A stretch of 64,000 nucleotides of DNA, taken from an uncultured Poribacteria bacterium (GTDB lineage Bacteria > Poribacteria > WGA-4E > WGA-3G). Each line of letters starts with the position of its first letter. Positions within the stretch are counted from its first letter, which is position 1. The notes beneath the pieces are model-generated. The model searched no databases and was not told the DNA's origin. It saw only the letters and a list, made by a program, of their open reading frames with translations. Where the stretch lies: NCBI GenBank assembly GCA_951813565.1, contig OX638351.1, positions 2,560,001 through 2,624,000 on the forward strand. The letters run 5' to 3'. Below are positions 42,343 to 51,304 of the stretch, one piece after another. Made by a program: the position numbers and the translations under genes.

Positions 42343-42871
42343 GTGTCAATTTTTGATTGAGCGTATGAAAAACCTTCACCGTGTCTTGATATTCCCCAAT
42401 GAGACTCCAATTTGCAGCAATCTGTTCCATCACTGTCTCTGATTCTACATAACTAATAACATGCTGAAGATGTTGCTGAAAGGCTTCTGTTTCCAGATGC
42501 GCCTCACCAAACGGGCAGAGCATATCCACTCCCAGCACGACACTGTTCCTGTCCTCATTGAACATCAAAGCAAAGGGATAAAGTTGACAATCAAATGGAC
42601 GATTCGCATAGATACTACATCTACTCGTTTCCGGTTCAAAGAAGGGACAGATGTAAAAATCTTTATGTAGTTTTAACTTAATCTGTGAACTTTTTCCGTC
42701 TGCCTGCGGTTGAAATAAAATTGGGTCTGCACCTTGAGAAATTACATGCTGTTTTTCCGCTTCAGTAAAGATTGGCGCGAGCGGACTATCAGCCTCTAAA
42801 AACCGACAACAAACGTCACAGGAAAAGCATACTTCACTGGGAATGATTTGGTAGAGTTTTGAAGTAGACAT
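42311..42871 (-). CDS. YkgJ family cysteine-cluster protein
   Basis: CFSCDVCC, CPFF, CSIYANRPFDCQLYP. Confidence 0.85.
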   Translation of the reverse strand: MSTSKLYQIIPSEVCFSCDVCCRFLEADSPLAPIFTEAEKQHVISQGADPILFQPQADGKSSQIKLKLHKDFYICPFFEPETSRCSIYANRPFDCQLYPFALMFNEDRNSVVLGVDMLCPFGEAHLETEAFQQHLQHVISYVESETVMEQIAANWSLIGEYQDTVKVFHTLNQKLTHATPTINPRR

Positions 42872-42997
42872 ACGGTTTTTCCAAAAATTATGACTCAAAT
42901 GATGTAATTTTCAGCAGAATTCAGAGTCCTCAGCGCGTTTACAAAACGCCAAATCAACGGTATGAATGCCATTTAGGCATTCCCCGCCTACCGTTTA

Positions 42998-43010
42998 TGC
43001 GTAAGTCCTG
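42998..43010. mobile_element. Solo terminal inverted repeat of the IS701-like element
   Basis: tgcgtaagtcctg identical to 45032-45044. Confidence 0.75.
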
Positions 43011-43249
43011 ATGGTATTGAAGCTGAACCATGGGCAGCACAACCGTTTGCAACCCTAAATATTCTCGCCAATGCAATTGCGAAAGCACAATCAACAGATT
43101 CAGATGCAATTCGGGGTGCCTTGGCACAAACCAGCCATTTTCCAACGATTTTAGGTCCTTTCTCTTTTGATCCCTACGAAGAGGCAATCTATGAAAATAT
43201 AGAAACAATTGTTCTCACCGTCAAGGGCGGAGTCCTGCAAAACTTTTAG
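43010..43249 (+). pseudogene. 3' fragment of a branched-chain amino acid ABC substrate-binding (LivJ-like) gene
   Basis: Translates DGIEAEPWAAQPFATLNILANAIAKAQSTDSDAIRGALAQ..TILGPFSFD..VLTVKGG..F*; begins at the IS end. Confidence 0.7.
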
Positions 43250-43250
43250 T

Positions 43251-43419
43251 TTATAGTGAAATCCATAATTATTTACACACTACGAATCAACGCCAAATGC
43301 GCGTAAGGCATTTAGCGGGTTCGGTTTCCTAACCGAACTGGTGTTTATTCAGTCTCATAGATGCGGTTAGGAAACCGCATCTACCGGGGCGTGTGCACAT
43401 ATTTTTAGGTTTTACTATA
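43251..43419. mobile_element. MITE-like element with imperfect ~27-bp TIRs and internal REP-like hairpins
   Basis: ttatagtgaaatccataattatttacac versus reverse complement ttatagtaaaacctaaaaatatgtgcac; internal gttcggtttcctaaccgaac and gatgcggttaggaaaccgcatctac. Confidence 0.6.
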
Positions 43420-43524
43420 AGTATACTAAAGTTTGGACAATTTTTGTTCAGTGATAGTTGAGTTTTCGACGGAGAATCTATTTTTCTGCAAGTTTCTCAT
43501 ATCATTGGAACCCCGCGAAAATGT

Positions 43525-43685
43525 TGCACTCCAGCGGAGTGCTATGTCTATAGAAAACATTATGCACACATTCTCACACTCCAGCGGAGTGCTATGTGTC
43601 AGTTCACTACATACCGCTCTGCTGGAGCGGGAGATGACGGTAAATACTGTTGCTATAAACATATTGCTCTGCTGGAGCAAAGAGG
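43525..43685. repeat. Four REP-like ctccagcggag-family units, two in each orientation
   Basis: cactccagcggagtgctatgt x2, then cataccgctctgctggagcgg and catattgctctgctggagcaa. Confidence 0.85.
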
Positions 43686-43779
43686 GTTTCTGTTTTGTGT
43701 GTTGCGTCAGAATTGTTAACAGATGTATAAACCGATCTCTTATATTCAACTCACGTATGAAAAATTGTCCAAACTATAG

Positions 43780-44167
43780 TATAAGTATAGCAAGCGTTCC
43801 AATCATAAACTACATCAACGGGCATTTGGCAAAATAACCGAGTTGATAACCTACAAAGCGAAATCTTTAGGCATCAAAGTTGTATCAATAGACGAGGCAT
43901 AAACCTCACAAACTTGTCCGAAGTGTGGCACCCGAAAGAAACCTGCCAACCGAAACTACACTTGCAAATGCGGTTTTCAGTATCACAAGGATGGTGTAGG
44001 TGCGATAAATATTCGGCAAAAGTATCTGGGCATTTCGGTGTCCCTGTAGTGGCGGACATGACACCGCCCGTCGGATTTAGTTTTGAAGTCCGATGTTGCT
44101 TCGTCTGATCGGAGAATGTTCCTAAAAGGAACAAAAGAACCCACTCCTTTAGGGTGAGAGTATGTCA
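43780..44167 (+). mobile_element. tnpB: IS200/IS605-family remnant: truncated tnpB pseudogene plus right end
   Basis: KLHQRAFGKITELITYKA..DEA*TSQTCPKCG..CKCG..HKDGVGAINI; hairpin cactcctttagggtg followed by tgtca. Confidence 0.85.
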
Positions 44168-44355
44168 GATATACGCTTCCAAAGAATCAACCCTAGAGCA
44201 AAAGTAGGGATTGCGATAGCAAATAAATACAAGATAAGAAAAAAAACAACCGTAGATTGTTTAGGAGATTCCGCGACCCGATCGCAAACGATTTCAAACG
44301 CACTATATAACAGAAATAACATTACCAAAAACACAAGAATTAAGAAGATTGTCAT
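44149..44355 (-). CDS. Small 2-TM hypothetical protein whose 3' end overlaps the IS605 right end
   Basis: GGTGA SD, two hydrophobic helices. Confidence 0.45.
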   Translation of the reverse strand: MTIFLILVFLVMLFLLYSAFEIVCDRVAESPKQSTVVFFLILYLFAIAIPTFALGLILWKRISDILSP

Positions 44356-44445
44356 TATTCACCTTTGACTTCCGCCAGTCCCGCACTCAAGTTTCAAGAA
44401 ATGCACCGACCAAAACGCATCATGCCAGTATTTGTTACACTCAAT

Positions 44446-45044
44446 CAGGACTTACGCATTATTATAAAATTATGTTATACTCTTCTATTATGACTACATT
44501 TACACACTCTCAAAAGAAGCATAACTTATATTCCGATTATTGTCAGTTTTTGATAGCAAGTTTCACTAATTGGACACAAACCTACTTTGCTGAACGGACA
44601 GAAAAATGGAGCCACGATCAACTCAATCGTTTTTTGAGAGAAACACGACAAGGAAAACGGGTGCACATCAATTAGTTTCCAAAAGGACATCAAGTGAAGT
44701 TGTTCCGGATAGCGTCCTCTAACGGACACACGGTATATATCGCCACAAACGATTTATCTCAATCAGATGCGGATGCCACAATCCAAGAATGTCCAGTGCG
44801 TTGGAAGATTGAGCAATTTCATCGTGAGATCAAACAAGTCACTGGTATTGGTAAATGTCAATGTCGCAAGTTGCGTGCGCAAAGAAATCATACTGCGTGT
44901 TGTTTTCAAGTATGGGTCTGTTTGGCGCGCACTGCCCGGGCAGTTGGTAGAACAATTTATGATCTTAAAGATAGCTTATTGGATGATTATTTACGACATC
45001 AACTCTCAAATCCTTCAATAATCTTCAAGACTGCGTAAGTCCTG
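44446..45044 (+). mobile_element. Internally deleted IS701-like element, 599 bp, non-autonomous
   Basis: TIRs caggacttacgca/tgcgtaagtcctg; N-terminal YCQFL..SHDQLNRFL joined to C-terminal RWKIEQFHREIKQVTG..CQCR..QRNH; internal stop. Confidence 0.88.
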
Positions 45045-45061
45045 ATAATAATAGGACATTA

Positions 45062-45232
45062 TTTCGTCCGTCGGGTAGAAGCGGTAGCGAAACCCGACTT
45101 TTTATAGTGTCATGTCCAAATCAACACCAAATGCGCCAAATCAAGAAATCAACGCTACAAATCATGGCGAATGCCAAAAGCGCATTCGTCTTTAGGCATT
45201 TGTCGGGTTTCGCAAGCTCTACCCGACGGACA
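45062..45232. repeat. Inverted REP-like pair enclosing nested CAAATCAAC modules
   Basis: gtccgtcgggtagaagcggtagcgaaacccgac and gtcgggtttcgcaagctctacccgacggac. Confidence 0.75.
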
Positions 45233-45285
45233 ATATGCTATGACAATTTGTCAATTAGAAATGGTATAACATACCGATCAGGGCG

Positions 45286-46431
45286 TTATGATGTCAGAAC
45301 TTGACCGATAGCGTCAACTACACAATGTACGCCCGATTCAGTTAACCCTGGATGGAGCGGTAGGCTCACAACACGTTCAAAAGCTTCTTCTGCACACGGA
45401 AAATCACCAACACTGTAGCTATATTGCTTCTGATAAAATTCAAAAAGATGTAATGGAATATAGTGGACACTACATTCAATGTTTTCTTCACGCAAGGATT
45501 CAACAAATTCATCACGGTTGCCAGTATGGAGTTGAATAATGTAAAGATGCCACGCGTGTTCTGTAGGATTATCTGGCACAAACGGAGTGCTAATCTGTGA
45601 AATTTTCTCCAATTCTGATTGATATATTTGTGCGAAATTCTGACGACGTTCATGCTGTTTATTGAGTTTCATGAGTTGGCATAACCCCATCGCCGCCTGA
45701 ATATCGGTCATGTTGTATTTATAGCCTTCGGTGGTGATGTCGTATCGCCAAATGCTGCGTTTTGACTGCCGTGCCCATGCGTCTTTGTCAATACCGTGAA
45801 GCCGCATCGTTCGGAGTGGTTCCGCAAGCGCATCGTTATTGGTGGTAATCATACCACCTTCTCCCGTGGTCATATTTTTATTCGCATAAAAACTAAAAGC
45901 AGAAAGGTCACCGAGAGTTCCGATATATTGCCCGTTATATTCAGTAGGAATAGCGTGTGCAGCATCGTCAATAAGCACGAGATTGTGTGCTTGACATATC
46001 TCTTGTAATGCATCCATGTCACACGGAAGCCCAGCGATATGGACAGGCATTATCGCTTTGGTGCGTGAGGTAATCGCTGGTGCAATTTTCGTAATATCAA
46101 TGTTCAATGTTTCGGGATCAATGTCTACGAAGACAGGTTTTGCCCCGACATATCGGATGGCTTCGGCAGTGGCAGTAAAGGTATAGGGTGTCGTAATAAC
46201 TTCGTCTCCTACACCGATACCAGTAACAACAAGGCTAAGATGTAATGCTGCTGTGCAAGAACTCACAGCGATTGCATGTTTGACACCAAGGTATTCGGCA
46301 AAAGCACGTTCAAACTCACGCACTCTTGCACCAGTACTTATCCATTTAGAAGCAAGCACTTCGCTAACTGCTTCGATTTCAGTGTCATCAATCCACGGAC
46401 GACTAAAAGGTATAAACGGCTTTTGTTCCAC
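45286..46431 (-). CDS. DegT/DnrJ/EryC1/StrS family sugar aminotransferase
   Basis: SSCTAALH, DAAH, FSFYANKNMTTGEGG, SLPLHP. Confidence 0.95.
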   Translation of the reverse strand: MEQKPFIPFSRPWIDDTEIEAVSEVLASKWISTGARVREFERAFAEYLGVKHAIAVSSCTAALHLSLVVTGIGVGDEVITTPYTFTATAEAIRYVGAKPVFVDIDPETLNIDITKIAPAITSRTKAIMPVHIAGLPCDMDALQEICQAHNLVLIDDAAHAIPTEYNGQYIGTLGDLSAFSFYANKNMTTGEGGMITTNNDALAEPLRTMRLHGIDKDAWARQSKRSIWRYDITTEGYKYNMTDIQAAMGLCQLMKLNKQHERRQNFAQIYQSELEKISQISTPFVPDNPTEHAWHLYIIQLHTGNRDEFVESLREENIECSVHYIPLHLFEFYQKQYSYSVGDFPCAEEAFERVVSLPLHPGLTESGVHCVVDAIGQVLTS

Positions 46432-46447
46432 AAATAATTCCCTTCAA

Positions 46448-46912
46448 TTATTCATCTAAATTATCGGTTGAATTCGGACCCAAAATATGAATCATCGCTT
46501 CAAGAGCAAGAATGTAACTATACGCACCGAAACCACCGACGACTCCTACCGCAACGCCTGATATATACGAATGATGCCGAAATTTCTCACGAGCGTAGAT
46601 GTTAGAGAGGTGAATTTCAATGACAGGGACTCCGACAGTCGTGAGTGCATCTCGGATAGCAATGCTGGTATGTGTATAAGCAGCAGGATTAATGAGAATA
46701 CCATCTGCCCAGTCAATGTGGTCACCGATGATGGATACAATCTCGCCTTCATGGTTGGATTGTAAGATTTTTAGTACAACATTATGAGGCGATGCCGCTA
46801 CAAACTGATCAAGCGCACCATTGATGTCATTCAATGTTTGGTGTCCGTAAATCTCCGGTTGTCGTTTTCCTAAAAGATGCAGATTCGGTCCGTGGAGGAC
46901 GAGGATATTCAT
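46448..46912 (-). CDS. aroQ: Type II 3-dehydroquinate dehydratase
   Basis: HGPNL, RQPEIYG, QSNHEG, NPAAYTHTS, EIHLSN. Confidence 0.96.
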   Translation of the reverse strand: MNILVLHGPNLHLLGKRQPEIYGHQTLNDINGALDQFVAASPHNVVLKILQSNHEGEIVSIIGDHIDWADGILINPAAYTHTSIAIRDALTTVGVPVIEIHLSNIYAREKFRHHSYISGVAVGVVGGFGAYSYILALEAMIHILGPNSTDNLDE

Positions 46913-47044
46913 ATTACTGCTTCCTTATATATTGTTGATCTTCAGATAATCGTATTGATTTATCAGCAAGTGAGAAATCTGTGTTGCATTTTATTAGAAA
47001 TACGTTTTGAAATCAATAAGAAATATTGTTTTTGAAAATCGCTT

Positions 47045-47205
47045 AATCATCAACCCATTTAAACCTTGTTATAGTAAGGCATGAAAGCATAATCATTAAC
47101 TAAAAATTGAAAAAATCATCAACCGAATCATCAACCGCTGCAAACATTGATATAGTATGGGTTCATAGCGTAATCATCAACAAAAATCGTTAGAAATCAT
47201 CAACC
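47045..47205. repeat. Two imperfect 81-bp units, each with three AATCATCAAC boxes
   Basis: Boxes at 47045, 47091 (1 mismatch), 47114, 47126, 47172, 47195. Confidence 0.85.
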
Positions 47206-47225
47206 AATACATATCTCCTATTAAT

Positions 47226-48080
47226 CTAGTCTATTTGCGGGTCAAGCGCGTCTCTAAGAGCATCTCCAAGGAGATTGAAACCTAAAACAATAAGAAAAAT
47301 TGCTACACCGGGAGCAGTGACAGCCAGTGGTGCTTTGCGAATATACTTTGTATTTTCATTCAACATTGCCCCCCATTCAGGCACACCCACCTCAGCACCG
47401 AGTCCAAGAAAACTGAGTCCCGCCGCATCTAAAATAGCAGCACCGATACCTAAAGTAGCTTGAACAATCAACGGTGCAAGACAGTTTGGTAGAACGGTAG
47501 TAACCAGAATTCGAATGTCACTTGCGCCAATCACTTTCGCTGCGGTGACGTAATCTAACTCGCGCACTTTGAGAACAGAGGCACGTAAAATCCGCGCATA
47601 TTGCGGAATATAGACAATGGAAACAGCGATAATTGCATTTGTAAGACTCTGACCCAAAATGGTGACAATGACCATCGCAAGCAGAATGCTCGGCATCGCA
47701 AGCAACATATCCATCACGCGCATAATCAGGTTGTCTAACCATCCACCAAAATAGCCCGCGATTGCACCGAACAAGGTGCCGAGTCCAAGCGAAAAGGTTA
47801 TCGCGATAAATCCTACCTTCAGAGAGATACGGGAACCGTAAACAATTCGGCTAAAAACATCACGTCCAGTGCCATCCGTGCCAAGATAATGTTCCCCAGA
47901 CCGCCCTTCAAGACGTTTTGCGATCTCAGCTCGCATTGGATCGTGCGTTGCAATAAGCGGTGCAAAGATTGCTACAATGATGAAAAAGAGGATTATTGAC
48001 GCACCAATAGTTGCAGATGGATGCCGCAGGAGTTTCCGAAAGACAAGGTGTTGACCTGTTAGTATTGGGGTGTCGTTCAT
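47226..48080 (-). CDS. Peptide ABC transporter permease (DppC-like)
   Basis: LGTDGTGRDVFSR, EAA-type loop, LSFLGLG, EWG. Confidence 0.92.
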   Translation of the reverse strand: MNDTPILTGQHLVFRKLLRHPSATIGASIILFFIIVAIFAPLIATHDPMRAEIAKRLEGRSGEHYLGTDGTGRDVFSRIVYGSRISLKVGFIAITFSLGLGTLFGAIAGYFGGWLDNLIMRVMDMLLAMPSILLAMVIVTILGQSLTNAIIAVSIVYIPQYARILRASVLKVRELDYVTAAKVIGASDIRILVTTVLPNCLAPLIVQATLGIGAAILDAAGLSFLGLGAEVGVPEWGAMLNENTKYIRKAPLAVTAPGVAIFLIVLGFNLLGDALRDALDPQID

Positions 48081-49099
48081 TTGGCTTCATCTCCCACTCG
48101 GATGCGTGGATCAAAATAAGCATACAACAGGTCAACGATTAGGTTGACAAACATAAAAAGTGCAGAAACGAAAAGCACACCGCCTTGGACAGCGCGAACA
48201 TCACGTGCTTCAACAGCGGCACGCAACCATGAACCGAGTCCGGGCCATGAGAAAATATGTTCAGTTAGAATTGCCCCTCCCATCAGATAACCAAATTCAA
48301 GACCAATAACTGTCAAAACAGGAACCATGCTATTTTTCAATGCATGTTTAATAATAACTGCCCATTTCGACAAACCTTTTGCATAAGCGGTAGTTATGTA
48401 TGGTTGATTTAACACTTCAAGCAGACTTGAACGGGTCATTCGCGCAATAATAGCCAACGGGATTGTGCCTAAAGTAATTGCGGGAAGTATGAGGTGTGCA
48501 ATTGCATCTTTAAATGCAGCAAAGTTCTTGGCAAGAAGTGTATCAATTAAGTAAAAACCTGTCCGGGATTCAATATCCAAACTCAAAATAGTATCTAAAC
48601 GTCCCGTGGCAGGCAATATCTTCAAATAGTAGGAAAAAAGTAGAATCAGCATCAACCCAAGCCAGAAGATCGGCATTGAGATACCTGCAAGCGATGTGGA
48701 CATTGAAAAATAATCCCAAAATTTACCGCGATAAACAGCCGCAATGATGCCTGCCGCTATACCAAAAAAGATGGAAAATGCCATCGCTGCAAGCGTTAAT
48801 TCGGCAGTCGCAGGAAAATATCTTTTGATTTCTTCTAAAACAGGTTGCTTGGTTTTAAAGGAGTGTCCTAAGTCAAGTCGCACGAGGTCCCACAGGAATT
48901 TCGCGTATTGGTGATAAAGCGGTTTGTCAAGTCCCATATCTTCTCGGAGTTGGGTGAGTACTTCCTCAGTAGCGCGTTCACCCGCAATGGTAAGGGCTGC
49001 ATCACCAGGAATCAGATGGACCATCAAAAATACAAGGAGGGAAACTCCAAGAAGTGACAAGCCGATGGAGAGAAAACGTTGGACTAAATACGAGAGCAA
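48077..49099 (-). CDS. Peptide ABC transporter permease (DppB-like)
   Basis: PGD, FPATAEL, AKGL..KHALKN, DPRIR; TTG start. Confidence 0.92.
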   Translation of the reverse strand: MLSYLVQRFLSIGLSLLGVSLLVFLMVHLIPGDAALTIAGERATEEVLTQLREDMGLDKPLYHQYAKFLWDLVRLDLGHSFKTKQPVLEEIKRYFPATAELTLAAMAFSIFFGIAAGIIAAVYRGKFWDYFSMSTSLAGISMPIFWLGLMLILLFSYYLKILPATGRLDTILSLDIESRTGFYLIDTLLAKNFAAFKDAIAHLILPAITLGTIPLAIIARMTRSSLLEVLNQPYITTAYAKGLSKWAVIIKHALKNSMVPVLTVIGLEFGYLMGGAILTEHIFSWPGLGSWLRAAVEARDVRAVQGGVLFVSALFMFVNLIVDLLYAYFDPRIRVGDEAK

Positions 49100-49158
49100 T
49101 ACTCAAGCCTCACACGGCACAGATAAGCAAACATAAGCGTCTTGACAGCGACGTGAAC

Positions 49159-49986
49159 TTAGAAAAATGGATTGTGTAACTTCTCTTCGCCGACGGTTGT
49201 TGCGGGACCGTGACCGGGGAAAAGTCGGACATCATCCGGAAGCGATAGCAGATTATCGCGGACACTATCAATTTCATCTCGATAAGAGATATTCGGTCCG
49301 CCAACCGAACCCGCAAAAATCGCATCACCGACGAAAGCTGCCGTTTGTGTTAGAAAACTACAACCACCAGGGGTATGTCCAGGCGTATCAAGCACTGTGA
49401 CCATAAGCGCGCCAATTTCTACAACATCCGAATGGACAAGTTCCCGCAATTTGCCTGCACTCCGAGGTTTCGGTTCACTTTTATGGATATATGCTTGGCA
49501 TCCGGTAGCGTTTTCGAGTTGGGGTAACCCATCGGTATGGTCTTTGTGTGAGTGGGTCAAAAGGATAGCAGTCGGGTTAACTTTATGTGCATCAAGTTGT
49601 TCTAAAATCAGGTCGGGATGTGCTGCGGTATCAATGATTGCGGCTTCGTCTGTGGCTTTGCAGATTAAGAGGTAGGCGTTGACCGGCCATCCGCCAACAG
49701 GCGCGCTTACCGTTATCACATCAAGGTTTGCATCGCCAGATTGCTGAGCAGGATCAGGTTCCCACTGTTCTGTTGCAATTGCAAGGAGTTTTGCTCCGTC
49801 TAAGTTAAGGACTTCAGCAAGTTTATAGACTTGCGCTTCTGTCGGTTTTAAGGTATACTGTTCCATACGTGACAAATCTGATTCTGTGATTCCGGCGGCT
49901 GCGGCTGTTTCATTTTGCGACATGTTTTGTCCACGTCGGGCTTTACCGATAATGTCACCAAATTCGTCTTCAAGTGCGTATGCCAT
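49159..49986 (-). CDS. XRE-HTH fused MBL-fold metallo-hydrolase
   Basis: N-terminal HTH, THSHKDH, PGHT, GD, PGHG. Confidence 0.88.
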   Translation of the reverse strand: MAYALEDEFGDIIGKARRGQNMSQNETAAAAGITESDLSRMEQYTLKPTEAQVYKLAEVLNLDGAKLLAIATEQWEPDPAQQSGDANLDVITVSAPVGGWPVNAYLLICKATDEAAIIDTAAHPDLILEQLDAHKVNPTAILLTHSHKDHTDGLPQLENATGCQAYIHKSEPKPRSAGKLRELVHSDVVEIGALMVTVLDTPGHTPGGCSFLTQTAAFVGDAIFAGSVGGPNISYRDEIDSVRDNLLSLPDDVRLFPGHGPATTVGEEKLHNPFF

Positions 49987-50082
49987 GAATGTGTTCTCCT
50001 TTATTGTAGAGTTAGAGGAATTATAGCAAAAAAATCGGTATTTAGCAATTCAAAAGAGGAAAACAGAAGAAGGAGAAATCTT

Positions 50083-50655
50083 GTGAACGTTCCAAAAAAC
50101 GGGTATGAACAGGCTGAGATCTCCCTTGCTCCAATAAAAACCGATATGACATTGGAAGAATTCCTTCAAAATGACATAGAGGGATATGAATACGTTAAAG
50201 GAGAATTAGTGCCGATGCCAGATGCATCAATTTTACATGGAGGAATTAGTGTTAGAGTTATTCGGTATTTAGACTCACACGTGCATCAAAATCAGTTAGG
50301 AGAGGTATATACTGCAGAAACGTCCTTTCGGGTAGGTGAACGCGTAATCAAACCGGATGTTGCTTTTGTTTCCACAACGCGTATACCTGAAGACAAAACT
50401 AAGGGTTTCCCAATACCACCTGACCTCGCTGTTGAAGTCATTTCTCCTACGGATATATTATGGAATGTTTCGGAAAAAGTACAAGCATACCTTGAGGCTG
50501 GTACTCGAATGGTTTGGGTGATTGATCCGGTCATGAAAACCGTATCAGTTTTTTACCCTGACAAAGCTTTTAAAATATACAAGCGGGATGACACGCTCAC
50601 AGGAGAGGATGTCGTTGAAGGGTTTTCTTGTCCGGTAGCACAACTATTTGAATAG
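50083..50655 (+). CDS. Uma2 (DUF820) family endonuclease, copy 1
   Basis: YEYVKGEL, KPDVAF, PDLAVEVIS; GTG start after AGGAG. Confidence 0.88.
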   Translation: MNVPKNGYEQAEISLAPIKTDMTLEEFLQNDIEGYEYVKGELVPMPDASILHGGISVRVIRYLDSHVHQNQLGEVYTAETSFRVGERVIKPDVAFVSTTRIPEDKTKGFPIPPDLAVEVISPTDILWNVSEKVQAYLEAGTRMVWVIDPVMKTVSVFYPDKAFKIYKRDDTLTGEDVVEGFSCPVAQLFE

Positions 50656-50693
50656 ATTCTGAAATTGCAAAATTATGTATGGAGGAATTAAAA

Positions 50694-51263
50694 ATGCATC
50701 CGCAAGACATCAACGAATTTGCACATGAAACTCTGCCACCAGAAAACGTTTCAATGACTTTAGAAGAGTTTCTTGAGAGCGATTTAGAAAGATTTGAATA
50801 TATCAAAGGAGAATTGATACCGATGCCGCCAACCTCTATTGAACATGGCAATATTAGTTCTAATGTCCAGTGGTATTTGCAATCGCATGTTCGTACAAAT
50901 CAACTTGGTCGTGTCTATACTTCAGACACCGGTTTCCGTGTTGGTGAACGGATACTGATGCCTGATGTCGCTTTCATTTCAACATCTAAATTTCCTGATG
51001 ATCAAAGATCAATATTTTTAATCCCACCAGAACTCGCGATTGAAGTGATTTCACCAACAGATTCCCTGACTAAGGTTGTTGAAAAGGCTCTTGCTTATCT
51101 GGAAGCAGGAACACTTCTTGTCTGGATCATTGAACCTACTGGAAAAACAGTAACAGTGTTTCGTTCGGAAACAGATATAAAAACACTCACACGCAAAGAC
51201 ACGTTCACAGGAGAGGATGTCGTTGAAGGGTTTTCCTGTCCAGTAGCACAACTTTTTGAATAG
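50694..51263 (+). CDS. Uma2 (DUF820) family endonuclease, copy 2
   Basis: PDVAF, PELAIEVIS; GGAGG SD. Confidence 0.9.
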   Translation: MHPQDINEFAHETLPPENVSMTLEEFLESDLERFEYIKGELIPMPPTSIEHGNISSNVQWYLQSHVRTNQLGRVYTSDTGFRVGERILMPDVAFISTSKFPDDQRSIFLIPPELAIEVISPTDSLTKVVEKALAYLEAGTLLVWIIEPTGKTVTVFRSETDIKTLTRKDTFTGEDVVEGFSCPVAQLFE

Positions 51264-51304
51264 ATAGATTCTAAAACACAGCAAATTAACTGCGGAGGAA
51301 TAAA

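Noticed and set aside
43525..43685. Mini-CRISPR from ctccagcggag repeats
   Set aside because: Units switch orientation, are degenerate and recur elsewhere, which fits REP-like repeats.
43426..43837. ORFs of 107 and 134 aa
   Set aside because: They read through palindromic repeats and have no protein features.
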